Assembly: GCA_963735805.1 (NCBI GenBank)
Contig: CAVTMK010000003.1
Span: 352,001 to 416,000, forward strand
Length of the DNA: 64,000 nt
Direction: 5' to 3'
Origin: an uncultured Verrucomicrobiae bacterium
GTDB lineage: Bacteria; Verrucomicrobiota; Verrucomicrobiia; Chthoniobacterales; UBA10450
How positions within the stretch are numbered: the first letter of the stretch is position 1; the number at the start of each line of letters is the position of its first letter. This document shows, piece by piece, positions 30,127-39,550 of the stretch. The notes under the pieces were generated by a model. That model was given only the letters and a program-made list of their open reading frames with translations. It ran no database searches and was not told where the DNA came from. Made by a program: the position numbers and the translations under genes.

Positions 30127-31740
30127 ATGAAGCGTATCCTTATTCTTATTTGCGCCAGCTTGCTGCTTGTACCAGTTTTGGACGCACAGCAAAGCACGCC
30201 GGCACATCCCCCGATGGAACCGCAAGGCCCACAGCGCCTGGGTCCATGGAGATCGAGTCCCCCTGCACAAGAGGCAATTCCAGTCCCGGTTCCGATTGCG
30301 CCGCCAAAGCCAAACGGACCGGTCCAAAAGAGTCTGGTCCGGATTACTGCCACCTCGTTAGAACCGGACTACAAAGCGCCCTGGAACGTCGGAGCCCTTG
30401 AGCGCGGCGTTGGGGCTGGCTTCGTCATAAGCGGCAATCGCATCATGACAAATGCGCACGTAGTTGCCAACAGCCGCTATCTCACCGTAGAGCGCGATGG
30501 CGATCCCAACAAATATCCCGCGAAAGTTCAATTCATCGCGAATGACTGCGATCTAGCGGTGATCACTGTGCCAGCCCCGGACTTTTTCAAAAACATGTTG
30601 GCTTTACAACTTGGCGGAATTCCTGCCTTGGAATCGACGGTCTCGGCGTACGGTTATCCAATTGGAGGTGAACGGATGTCGGTTACGACAGGGATCGTGT
30701 CTCGAGTTGATTTCCAGCTCTATACGCATTCATCGATCGATCAGCATCTGGCAATCCAGATCAGCGCGCAGATCAATCCGGGAAACAGCGGCGGGCCGGT
30801 GATGCAAGACGGCAAAGTGGTCGGCGTCGCCTTTCAAGGCTACAGCGGTGATGTGGCTCAAGGAGTGGCCTACATGATTCCCACACCGGTGATAAAGCGG
30901 TTTCTGAAGGACATCAGCAACGGGCATTATGACGAGTACCCCGACCTCGCAATCACTTATGCGAAGTTACAAAATCCAGCCCAACGACGATTTCTCGGGT
31001 TGAAAGATGACGACCGCGGCGTCCTGGTGAGCTCCGTTGTCGCGGCCGGACCATCCGATGGGATTCTTCATCCGGGTGACGTTCTTCTCGCTATCGACGG
31101 TCATCCCATTGCCAGCGACGCGAACGTCGAACTGGATGGCGAACGCGCACAGTTTGAGGAAGTCGTCGAGCGAAAGTTCAAGGGTGATTCGGTCAAACTG
31201 GACATCTCGCGCAACAAGCAGCCAATGACAGTGACAATCAAGCTGTACAAACCATGGCCTTATTCGGTCCAGGGTCACAGCTATGACGTGCGGCCGCGTT
31301 ATGTCCTTTATGGCGGTCTACTCTTTCAACCGTTAAACCTGGACATGCTGGAGGCGTATCGGTCAGCAGACTTACGAGTGCGTCATTTCTTCGAATACTT
31401 CGTTCTCGACCAGCTTTATCTTCAGCATCCCGATGTCATTGTACTGGCAAATATCCTGCCGGACCCCATTAACACCTATCTGGCCCCGTACCGCGGTGGG
31501 ATTGTGGATGAAGTAAATGGCAAGAAAATTCGGACTCTTGACGAATTGGCGAGTGCTTTGGCCGAATCGCCGGAGCGATTAGTTATCCGAATGATTGGCG
31601 ACGGCCCCCCGCTAGTCCTTAATCGAAGTCAGGTAGAAGCTGCACGCGAACGAATCAAGACACGCTACAATGTACTGAAGGAGCAAAACCTTGAGGAACA
31701 GCCCGCCTCAAAAGCAAGCGAACAAGCAAACAAGACCTAA
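30127..31740 (+). CDS. HtrA/Deg-family serine protease with two PDZ-like domains (exported)
   Basis: Signal peptide; catalytic triad in TNAHVV, DCDLAV and INPGNSGGP; PDZ motif GDVLLAIDG. Confidence 0.93.
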   Translation: MKRILILICASLLLVPVLDAQQSTPAHPPMEPQGPQRLGPWRSSPPAQEAIPVPVPIAPPKPNGPVQKSLVRITATSLEPDYKAPWNVGALERGVGAGFVISGNRIMTNAHVVANSRYLTVERDGDPNKYPAKVQFIANDCDLAVITVPAPDFFKNMLALQLGGIPALESTVSAYGYPIGGERMSVTTGIVSRVDFQLYTHSSIDQHLAIQISAQINPGNSGGPVMQDGKVVGVAFQGYSGDVAQGVAYMIPTPVIKRFLKDISNGHYDEYPDLAITYAKLQNPAQRRFLGLKDDDRGVLVSSVVAAGPSDGILHPGDVLLAIDGHPIASDANVELDGERAQFEEVVERKFKGDSVKLDISRNKQPMTVTIKLYKPWPYSVQGHSYDVRPRYVLYGGLLFQPLNLDMLEAYRSADLRVRHFFEYFVLDQLYLQHPDVIVLANILPDPINTYLAPYRGGIVDEVNGKKIRTLDELASALAESPERLVIRMIGDGPPLVLNRSQVEAARERIKTRYNVLKEQNLEEQPASKASEQANKT

Positions 31741-31742
31741 AG

Positions 31743-33245
31743 ATGATCAAGCATTCTCTTATCGCCTTTGGGCTCGTCGTTGTAGCAGCTAGTGGTGCGC
31801 TGGGGAAAAAGGAATCGGCAGTACCTTCTGCATTAAATAAGCAAAAACAGCTGGCACTTGTTCGGGTAAACGTGACCGGACAATCCTATGATTACTTTAG
31901 GCCCTGGCAAAAGAAGGCTCCATTTTCAAAGCGCGCACTCGGCGCGGTTTTATCCAAAGGCCGCGTCCTTGTGACAGCGGACCTGGTTGCAAACCAAAAT
32001 TACGTGGAGCTCGAGCGTGCAGAATCTGGAGAAAAAACCGCGGCCAACGTCCAGGTGATTGACTACGAATCAAACCTGGCGCTGCTCGAGCCAGTTGACA
32101 AAACATTCCTCGACGGAATCACCCCCCTGGAAATTACGCCCGACACGGTCGTCGGCGACAAGCTGGCCGCATGGCAATTGGAGCCCACCGGCGCGCTGGT
32201 GGCGACTGAGGGCTTGGTAACGACAGTCCAAATGATGCCGTATCCGATCGATGTCGGGGAATTCCTCACGTACCGCGTTAGCATCCCGATGCAGTATCGG
32301 GAAAATAGCTACACCGTGCCACTGGTAAAGAAGAATAAGCTTGCTGGATTGCTGTTGCGTTACGATTCGCGTTCACAACTCCTCGACGCCATACCCGCGC
32401 CTGTCATCACACACTTTTTGAAGGACGCCGAAAGACAAAACTATCGCGGCTTCCCCTCCGCTGGCTTCTCATTTTTCCCGACACGTGATCCCGACCTTCG
32501 CGAATTTGCTGGCGAAAAAAGAGAGGATGCTGGTGGGGTCTACGTGACGAACGTGGAGCCAGGTACGCCAGCGATGAAAGCGGGACTCCAAGTGGGCGAC
32601 ATCGTGACTGCTGTTGCGAGCAATGAAATTGATCAAAACGGTAACTACGTGGACCCACTCTACGGAAAGATCGAATTTACAAATCTGCTTACGGCGCATG
32701 CATATGCCGGCGATGTTGTTCCTTTTCGAATTCAGCGCAACGGCAAGCCAATGCAGTTAAATGTCACGCTCGAGCACCGCAACACGAAGGATTATGTGAG
32801 CGCACCTTACGATTTCGATCAGCCGCCGCGATATTATGTCCTCGGTGGTCTGATTTTTCAGGAGCTTTCCCGGCAATATCTCAAAGAATGGGGACTAAAC
32901 TGGCAAAGAGAAGCCCCCCAGCGTTTGGTCTATCTCGACCATTTCCAGTCCGAACTCTTTCCTGACAGAAATCGGCGGGTTGTGATTCTCAGCCAGGTTC
33001 TCCCGGCGAATAGCACAATTGGTTACGACGAGCTCGCCTATTTGACCGTAACAAAGGTGAACGGTAAAGAAATCAAATCGTTAGACGACCTTGCCGAAGC
33101 GGTGAAACACCCAATCGAGGGATTCATCAAAATCGAGACCGAAGAAGATCCAAAACAGATCGAACTCGACGCGGCACAAGTCGCCGCCGAGGCACAGGAT
33201 CTCCAGGACAACTACGGCATTTCATCATTGCAGAGATTACAGTGA
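31743..33245 (+). CDS. HtrA/Deg-like PDZ protein with degenerate protease domain
   Basis: Collinear with the upstream protease, but VTADLV, ESNLALL and YRENSYTVP replace the triad motifs; PDZ motif PAMKAGLQVGDIV. Confidence 0.85.
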   Translation: MIKHSLIAFGLVVVAASGALGKKESAVPSALNKQKQLALVRVNVTGQSYDYFRPWQKKAPFSKRALGAVLSKGRVLVTADLVANQNYVELERAESGEKTAANVQVIDYESNLALLEPVDKTFLDGITPLEITPDTVVGDKLAAWQLEPTGALVATEGLVTTVQMMPYPIDVGEFLTYRVSIPMQYRENSYTVPLVKKNKLAGLLLRYDSRSQLLDAIPAPVITHFLKDAERQNYRGFPSAGFSFFPTRDPDLREFAGEKREDAGGVYVTNVEPGTPAMKAGLQVGDIVTAVASNEIDQNGNYVDPLYGKIEFTNLLTAHAYAGDVVPFRIQRNGKPMQLNVTLEHRNTKDYVSAPYDFDQPPRYYVLGGLIFQELSRQYLKEWGLNWQREAPQRLVYLDHFQSELFPDRNRRVVILSQVLPANSTIGYDELAYLTVTKVNGKEIKSLDDLAEAVKHPIEGFIKIETEEDPKQIELDAAQVAAEAQDLQDNYGISSLQRLQ

Positions 33246-33297
33246 GCCAGTTGCGATTGGTGTCTCCCGCTAAGAAGAACCGATTTGCACAGCGTTG

Positions 33298-33876
33298 ATG
33301 TCTGGCTATTCCTCGGCGCTCCGTTTCATTGCCGCTTGCTGGCTGGTGTTTGTTGGTGTTTGGCTGGTGGCTTCAGTATCGACAAAACGCACAGTCTATC
33401 GTGAAAGTGTCGGCGAACGCGCGCGGTACTGGCTACTGCTCGTTATCGCATATGTCTTGCTCACCCAGGGAAGAAGATTTCCCTATCCGTTAAGCTTGAT
33501 TCTTATCCCACAAACCGTCTCCAGCGGCTGGACTGGAGCGGTCCTCTGTAGCTGCGGCCTTGCGCTCGCGATCTGGGCGAGACTCATACTCGGGCGAAAC
33601 TGGAGCGGTGTAGTTACACTAAAGGAAGACCATGAACTGATTCAACGTGGCCCCTATCGTTTTGTACGACACCCGATCTACACCGGCCTACAATTCATGT
33701 TCCTCGGAACGGCGATCGCGCTCGGTCACCTGGCGGCCTTCATTGCCGTACCGTTGGTATTTGTAAGCTTCTGGATCAAGCTCAGCCAGGAAGAACTCCT
33801 AATGCTAAAACAATTCCCAAATGACTATCCGGATTACCAGCGGCGAGTGAAACGGATTATTCCGTTTTTGCTTTAG
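33298..33876 (+). CDS. Isoprenylcysteine carboxyl methyltransferase family membrane protein
   Basis: LGRNWS, HELIQRGPYRFVRHPIYTG and EE..F..Y..Y. Confidence 0.9.
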   Translation: MSGYSSALRFIAACWLVFVGVWLVASVSTKRTVYRESVGERARYWLLLVIAYVLLTQGRRFPYPLSLILIPQTVSSGWTGAVLCSCGLALAIWARLILGRNWSGVVTLKEDHELIQRGPYRFVRHPIYTGLQFMFLGTAIALGHLAAFIAVPLVFVSFWIKLSQEELLMLKQFPNDYPDYQRRVKRIIPFLL

Positions 33877-33883
33877 CCACCTC

Positions 33884-35320
33884 TTAACTATCAACGCCCT
33901 CGATTGCGACGTCTATTATTCGTGGCTTGGCTAAAAAACGTTCCACTTCTTCGCTGTAAGTCTGGAACGGATCACCCATGACGAGAAAATCGCGGTTATC
34001 GCATGCGATGGAATCCCAGTTGATAACATAAGGCGAATTGCAGTTCTGAAAATACGCCACCGCCCGGGCACGACCCAATGCGCGCGTGTTTGCTGGAGGG
34101 AGATGTGTTGCACTGGAACGCCGGACACTATTGTTCCATTCTGCGATTCGCTTGCCCGGCGTAACAGCAAAGAACAACCCGCGACGTGGATCGATGTTGT
34201 GATATTCGAGATCGATACTTTGCAGCCACGGGTCCTCCCAACTTAAACCCTCGGATTCGACAAACGCTTCCAGTAACCATCTCTTTGTGATCCAATCCAC
34301 CCCGCCTATGAGCGCCTGATGATTGTTTGGTATTGCTTCCAGGACGAACGCCCAGTTTTCCAGTAGCCAGTCAGTTTCGGCGCTGCTATTGCGGAGGTAC
34401 TTTTGTGCCAAACGATGAAATTCCCATTGCACGTCGAGTGCCCCGATGGTTTTGCCGTTCTCGAGATGAACAATCCATTGCTGAGTTGGATCCCGGGAAA
34501 TGTCTCGTGTGCTTTGCACGGCATCCGCCAAGACCAGATTTCGTGGTAAACGACCATCCTCGAGCAATGATAAAACACAGGCAGTTGTCCCAATTTTTAA
34601 CGCCGTGGCATAGGGACTCATGTTGGAGTCCCCGATCAGCAAGTGGAGCCGCCGATATTTTCGATAATCGGCCAGTGGCTCGTCGCGTGCGTTGATGATG
34701 GCGCGATTGAATTGCACCCATTGATAGATGTCGTTCACGATATGATCAGCACGCTGACTAAGCTGAAAATTGACCTGTGCCTCTGGTTGCGGCGGCTCGA
34801 AATCGAACGCGAGCGGATTGGACTGACCGACGCGGCCGGCGCCGGTAAAGATTTGCCGAGTCGCCAGAAAAGTAAGCAGCGTTCCAAGAATCGGAGGCGT
34901 GAATTGCGCCTCGCGCTTCATAAGATAATTCTCATGGCAACCAAACGTGGCGCCAGTATGGTGATCGACGTTGTTTTTGATAAATGAAACGCGATCCTGC
35001 GCGCCCAGGGCACTGAGTGATGATTGCAGCAAATCATCTCCGGCCAATTCATAAGCCACCAGATCGTGCAGATGTAGACATTCGGGCGATGCGTACTCGA
35101 TGTGTCCCATATCGAGATAGAGACGGCCACCGTTGAGAAGAAAGCCTCCGTTGCCCGGCGGCTCTTCGTAGTCGCGGTAATGCAGATCAATCGTACCGGC
35201 TTCGGCATTACGGAAAAGATAGTTTTTTACCTTTGCCGGCCACAGCTCGGAATTAACATGCGGCTCTTCTTCACCCAAAAGGCAACCGTATTCGGTTTCA
35301 ATTCCAACAACCCGGTCCAT
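33884..35320 (-). CDS. Pup/UBact ligase-deamidase family protein (PafA/Dop family)
   Basis: GIETEYG, NGGRLYLD, HIEYASPEC, KNN, GCHENY, SQRADH, IINARDEP, RRLHLLIGDSNMS and DLEYH. Start moved to MDRVV. Confidence 0.92.
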   Translation of the reverse strand: MDRVVGIETEYGCLLGEEEPHVNSELWPAKVKNYLFRNAEAGTIDLHYRDYEEPPGNGGFLLNGGRLYLDMGHIEYASPECLHLHDLVAYELAGDDLLQSSLSALGAQDRVSFIKNNVDHHTGATFGCHENYLMKREAQFTPPILGTLLTFLATRQIFTGAGRVGQSNPLAFDFEPPQPEAQVNFQLSQRADHIVNDIYQWVQFNRAIINARDEPLADYRKYRRLHLLIGDSNMSPYATALKIGTTACVLSLLEDGRLPRNLVLADAVQSTRDISRDPTQQWIVHLENGKTIGALDVQWEFHRLAQKYLRNSSAETDWLLENWAFVLEAIPNNHQALIGGVDWITKRWLLEAFVESEGLSWEDPWLQSIDLEYHNIDPRRGLFFAVTPGKRIAEWNNSVRRSSATHLPPANTRALGRARAVAYFQNCNSPYVINWDSIACDNRDFLVMGDPFQTYSEEVERFLAKPRIIDVAIEGVDS

Positions 35321-35453
35321 TGCAGCAATTAACGCATTGAATCGCAAAATGGCTAACTGAAAACGCAAGCCACTTCCCATCGCCCTCATCTCAAAGTAGT
35401 GAGGAAGTGTTTTCGTGCACTTGAACCATTTGTAAAAAAGTCCAAACTTTTTT

Positions 35454-35882
35454 ATGGCAATGGTCAGTCTTCGCGGGCCGTCCGAAAAAGTAGGAGGTCT
35501 TTTTTATTTCGGTCGGATGCTGGACAAAATCCGCCTGCATTCCGAAGAGCAATTACCTCCGGACTACCACGCGAATCTTGGCAGAGGATTCGACGAAAAA
35601 TGTACGAACTTTCTGCGAGTTGATTACGATCAATTGGTCCAGCGCGTGAATCGCGGCGGCACGGATGAGGAAATTCTGCAATGGTGTTTTGACAACGGAC
35701 AGCGACCCGGTGAAGACGATCTTTACGTCTGGAACGAGTTTATGCGAAAGCGCGGCTGGAACGATGAAGTTTCCGAAATATTAGAACGCCGCAAAAAGGA
35801 AGCCGGGATGACACACAGATCGGACATTCAGACGGCGTTTCAATTTATTGATGCCGACGAAGGGCGCTTGCCAAAAGGCTAG
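35454..35882 (+). CDS. DUF5069-like protein
   Basis: GGLFYFGRMLDKIRL, NLG.GFD..C..FL and TDEEIL.W pattern. Confidence 0.75.
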   Translation: MAMVSLRGPSEKVGGLFYFGRMLDKIRLHSEEQLPPDYHANLGRGFDEKCTNFLRVDYDQLVQRVNRGGTDEEILQWCFDNGQRPGEDDLYVWNEFMRKRGWNDEVSEILERRKKEAGMTHRSDIQTAFQFIDADEGRLPKG

Positions 35883-35909
35883 GCTCGCGCTGGCGCGCCG
35901 ACCCAATTA

Positions 35910-36194
35910 TTATTCGGCCAGGGTATCGATTCTTTCGGCGAGACCAAAATCAAGCTCGGTCAATCCACCTTTGCTGTGGGTAGAGAGAACCAGACGAACT
36001 TTGTTGTAACGAATGTCGATGTCAGGATGGTGTTCCTCTTCGTCGGCCACTTCGGCCACCGCGTTCACGAAGTCAATCGCATCGGCAAAATCATCGTACT
36101 CAAACGTTCGTTCGATGTGCTTCTTTTCCAATTCCCATTCCGGGATTTTTTTCATTCGCTCCTTGAGCTCGCCTTGTTTGATGAGGTCTGCCAT
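35910..36194 (-). CDS. Pterin-4-alpha-carbinolamine dehydratase
   Basis: AIDFVNAVAE, HHPDI and STHSKGGLTELD. Start moved to MADLI. Confidence 0.92.
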   Translation of the reverse strand: MADLIKQGELKERMKKIPEWELEKKHIERTFEYDDFADAIDFVNAVAEVADEEEHHPDIDIRYNKVRLVLSTHSKGGLTELDFGLAERIDTLAE

Positions 36195-36301
36195 AACGGG
36201 ACAACGAGTAACACCCGAAAATCGTTTTGCAACGGCAAAACGAGCGGCATCTTTTTGAGGTGCAGCCGGCTTTTGGGCGCTCGGCCTGCCGACCAAAATT
36301 C

Positions 36302-37444
36302 TTAAAGATCGAGGATCCTACGAAGGTTTTTTGCAGAATCGAAAACCTCGATGGCGCACGCCCGCGCCTGTTTCGATAGCCGCGGCCAATCGCGCAACAC
36401 TTCGTTGATCGCTGCTTCCGCCTCATCGCTGTTCCGAATGAAACGAAATCCGCTGTCGCGTGGAAGATACCTTGTGGCGCCCGTATCTTCCGTGATCACC
36501 GGTCGCCCGAGTGCAAGAAACGCCGCAGCCCGATCGCTTAACCAGCCGGTTTGCCAGGCTACATCCACACCTTTGATGGCCGTAAACTCCGCAAGCGCGC
36601 TCGACATGTATCGGCGATAGACCCTCGGAGTGCGTGCGACCCGGTGAGGATTGACAACGCTCCAGCCCAACTGCTGCAAACGCAACCGTTCCGGGTCGTC
36701 CTCGCTGATATTCATTGCTAGTTCGAACCGCGCTTCGGGGACACGCGTTGGTAAGCCGAGATAAGGTTCAAACATGACTCTCTTCGATAAGTCGGGGAAC
36801 TCTCCTTCCACTTCTACTGCCCCGCTCCAGTACCACTGTCCAATAGTGGTGAATTTTGCAATCTTCGGATGTACCTGGCGTTGGAGAAGTCGTGTGTCAG
36901 CAAGTGGATAAAATGTTTTCCAGTGCAGAGATGATTTCGGCAGCCGGCAATGCTTTCGGTGAACGTTGAGCCCAATTGTCCAGAATTCGTCATGATACGA
37001 CTGGCCCAGCTCCATTCTGGTCATCCAATAAAAGATTTCGCTCGGATCCAAGTCGCAAAAGATCCGTCTCTCAAATTGCAATAGAAATGGCGGGTGAAGT
37101 GAGTAACTGAGATTCAACAGGATGTTTGGGCCCGCCAACCGATCGATCAACACCCGCTTCGACATTCCAATGCAACACAGCTCGGTGAGATCATGCGTAT
37201 CCGATGCGGATTTCTGATACAGTAAGCAATACCGGCCGCCCAAACCGGCTTCGCGCAATCGTCGTTGGAAATTCGCGATTCTGGCACGATCAGCGTGCGG
37301 GTCATCTGTCGCCGGTAAGAGTTCCAGCCAGACAGCGTCGAGTTTTAATCGACGCAGGCCGAGCATCCATTGTAGCGGAACTGAAAAATTTCCACCACCT
37401 TCGAGATATTTTGCGGCAAAACCGCATCCCACAAAAATGGTCAC
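36302..37444 (-). CDS. Uncharacterised glycosyltransferase-like protein, paralogue of 28790-29983
   Basis: GLRRL, DLDP, FTTIGQW, FELA and GWLSDRAAAFLALGRPVITEDTG. Confidence 0.7.
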   Translation of the reverse strand: MTIFVGCGFAAKYLEGGGNFSVPLQWMLGLRRLKLDAVWLELLPATDDPHADRARIANFQRRLREAGLGGRYCLLYQKSASDTHDLTELCCIGMSKRVLIDRLAGPNILLNLSYSLHPPFLLQFERRIFCDLDPSEIFYWMTRMELGQSYHDEFWTIGLNVHRKHCRLPKSSLHWKTFYPLADTRLLQRQVHPKIAKFTTIGQWYWSGAVEVEGEFPDLSKRVMFEPYLGLPTRVPEARFELAMNISEDDPERLRLQQLGWSVVNPHRVARTPRVYRRYMSSALAEFTAIKGVDVAWQTGWLSDRAAAFLALGRPVITEDTGATRYLPRDSGFRFIRNSDEAEAAINEVLRDWPRLSKQARACAIEVFDSAKNLRRILDL

Positions 37445-37496
37445 GCGAGCAGAATCCTCAATCTGCTCGCGTGCTCAAGCATGAAGGCTGATGATC

Positions 37497-39191
37497 TTAG
37501 AAGATCCGTCCGTGCCGGACGTGCGCCCTCGGAGTGAACACCTGGGGTTGCCTGGGCTGACCGTTGCAAAGGTCCGCATTTGGTATCGGGATCACAGAGC
37601 CCAGGAATTGCGGTTGTCTTCGCACGTTCAGTTCCTGCTCCAAATCATAACCAAAACCAATCAATTGTGGTTCATGCAGGAACGTGCTGTACATCAGCAT
37701 ACCAGCCGGCCGACCGCTATCGCGAATGCCCACGGGAAGCGACAGGTTCGGATAACCCGACACGGCGGGCCCGGTTGAGTTAGTTAGGTGTGGCGCGACG
37801 ATTGCATCGAGATTATTGGCAGCGAGCGCATCGTCAATTCCCGAGCGCGCGGTATTTCGAGCATGCGTTCGCGCCGCTATATAATTCGGATCGTTGGGGT
37901 AACCTGGGAACTGTTCCGATTGTTCGAAGACCTCCTGACCGTAATAAACCAATTCCTGTTCGCAGTGCGCATTGTTGAAAGCAATCAGGTCAGCCAGGGT
38001 TCGCATGTTTGTGTGCGTGAGCGTTGCGAGATAATCCGCAATTTGGGCCCTGAATTCATACAGCAACGCGGTAAACTCGTCATCGGTGTAAGCGAACACA
38101 TCACCAGTATCGGTATCCACAATAGTGGCACCAAGGCTTTCCATCACAGCCAACGCGTTCTCCGCAAACGCAACCGTCTCTTCGTCCCCTGGGATCCCGC
38201 TGCCGTAATAGCTGTAATCGAAAAAGCGAATATCGCGTCCGATCCGAGCGCCCTGGAGCGAGCCCCGCTGTAGAAACTGTGTGTAATCGTTTGGCAGCTG
38301 ATGCCCAATGACTTCGCCAAAGGGCGACTGCAACGCGCCGAGTAGTATCGCAATGTCAGTAACGCTGCGGCCCATCGGGCCCGCTGTGTCCTGCTCATGG
38401 GCAATTGGAATAATCCCGTCTTGTGAGACGAGCCCAAGGGTCGGTTTCAAACCAACGATATTCTCAACCGCAGACGGCCCGGTGATTGATCCGTCTGTCT
38501 CGGTACCGACCGCCACAGAGCACAAGTTTCCTGCTGCACCGTTGGCCGAACCAGCGCTTGATCCCCACGATGTGTAACTCAGATCATACGCGTTATTCGT
38601 GCTTCCGCCCCGGGCGCTCCAGCCAACCGCGAGAGGATACACGTTGTCATTACCGCGGAAGTTTGCCCATTCACCCAGATTCGCTTTGCCGAGGATTACG
38701 GCGCCAGCTTCACGGAGTTGTTGAATAATTACCGCATCCGCCGGCACATGACTACGAAGTAGAGCAAACGATCCCGCCGTCGTATCCATATTATCGTCAG
38801 TCGCAATGTTGTCCTTGACCAAGACTGGAATCCCATGAAGCGGCCCGCGAACGTGTCCCCTGCGACGCTCATTGTCGAGATGTTGCGCGATGGATATGGC
38901 ATTCGGGTTTGTCTCGATGACTGAATTAAGCAGCGGGTTCAGCGACCCGATACGCCTGAGATAACCCTTTACGAGATCCTTGCTTGTCAGCTGTCCAGAA
39001 GCCATCAAAGCCTGCAGCTCAGGAATCGTGGCTTCAATGAACGGCTCGTCTGCCAGCGCGGAAGACGGCCGTAAAAGCGAGGTGATTCCGCCAGTCAGCA
39101 GCGCTGCGCTGCCTATGGCAGTCGTGCCGAGAAATTTTCGGCGGGTGACAGTGTGATCGAGGTCAAGGCGATTCGGGTTTTGCTTATTCAT
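37497..39191 (-). CDS. Amidase signature family enzyme with Tat signal
   Basis: TRRKFL twin-arginine motif; GPLHGIPVLVKDN, GSSAGS, GTETDGSI and VGLKPT. Start moved to MNKQN. Confidence 0.92.
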   Translation of the reverse strand: MNKQNPNRLDLDHTVTRRKFLGTTAIGSAALLTGGITSLLRPSSALADEPFIEATIPELQALMASGQLTSKDLVKGYLRRIGSLNPLLNSVIETNPNAISIAQHLDNERRRGHVRGPLHGIPVLVKDNIATDDNMDTTAGSFALLRSHVPADAVIIQQLREAGAVILGKANLGEWANFRGNDNVYPLAVGWSARGGSTNNAYDLSYTSWGSSAGSANGAAGNLCSVAVGTETDGSITGPSAVENIVGLKPTLGLVSQDGIIPIAHEQDTAGPMGRSVTDIAILLGALQSPFGEVIGHQLPNDYTQFLQRGSLQGARIGRDIRFFDYSYYGSGIPGDEETVAFAENALAVMESLGATIVDTDTGDVFAYTDDEFTALLYEFRAQIADYLATLTHTNMRTLADLIAFNNAHCEQELVYYGQEVFEQSEQFPGYPNDPNYIAARTHARNTARSGIDDALAANNLDAIVAPHLTNSTGPAVSGYPNLSLPVGIRDSGRPAGMLMYSTFLHEPQLIGFGYDLEQELNVRRQPQFLGSVIPIPNADLCNGQPRQPQVFTPRAHVRHGRIF

Positions 39192-39435
39192 AATTACTCT
39201 CCGGGTGCGCTGTTTCGCGCGTGAAACAGACGTGAGGTTTTTGTTTGCCGACGTATAAACGGAGGATTCCGCTTTCGTCGGTGCGGATCGTAGGGTGGAT
39301 GATTTCGCGCGATCGACTCCATAACCCTGCGACAGCAATTCGTTTCTAACCGCGAAAGTGGCCGGAAATTTTTAATTTTCTGTTGCCTTATTTGACCGCT
39401 ATGCGCTTCCCTCGCAAATTAGCGGTTCTTCTCGG

Positions 39436-39509
39436 GCGCCCGTAGCTCAACTGGATAGAGCATCTGACTACGGATCAGAAGGTTAGTGGTTCGAATCCTC
39501 TCGGGCGCG
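39436..39509 (+). tRNA. tRNA-Arg(ACG)
   Basis: Acceptor GCGCCCG/CGGGCGC, D-arm GCTC..GAGC, anticodon arm TCTGA-CTACGGA-TCAGA, T-loop TTCGAAT (one T-T mismatch in the T stem); CCA not encoded. Confidence 0.96.
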
Positions 39510-39550
39510 TTTCTTTTTGTTCCACAGTTTGTGCTCGTGACCCAAATCGA

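Noticed and set aside
35321..35453. Hidden Pup/UBact modifier gene next to the PafA-like gene
   Set aside because: The gap is too short, and no nearby ORF ends in GG[EQ] or R[ST]G[EQ]
39430..39508. 10-bp direct repeat TCTCGGGCGC at both ends of tRNA-Arg, considered as an att site
   Set aside because: Four of the ten bases are the tRNA's own 5' end, no integrase is present, and I saw no distant copy of the tRNA 3' end
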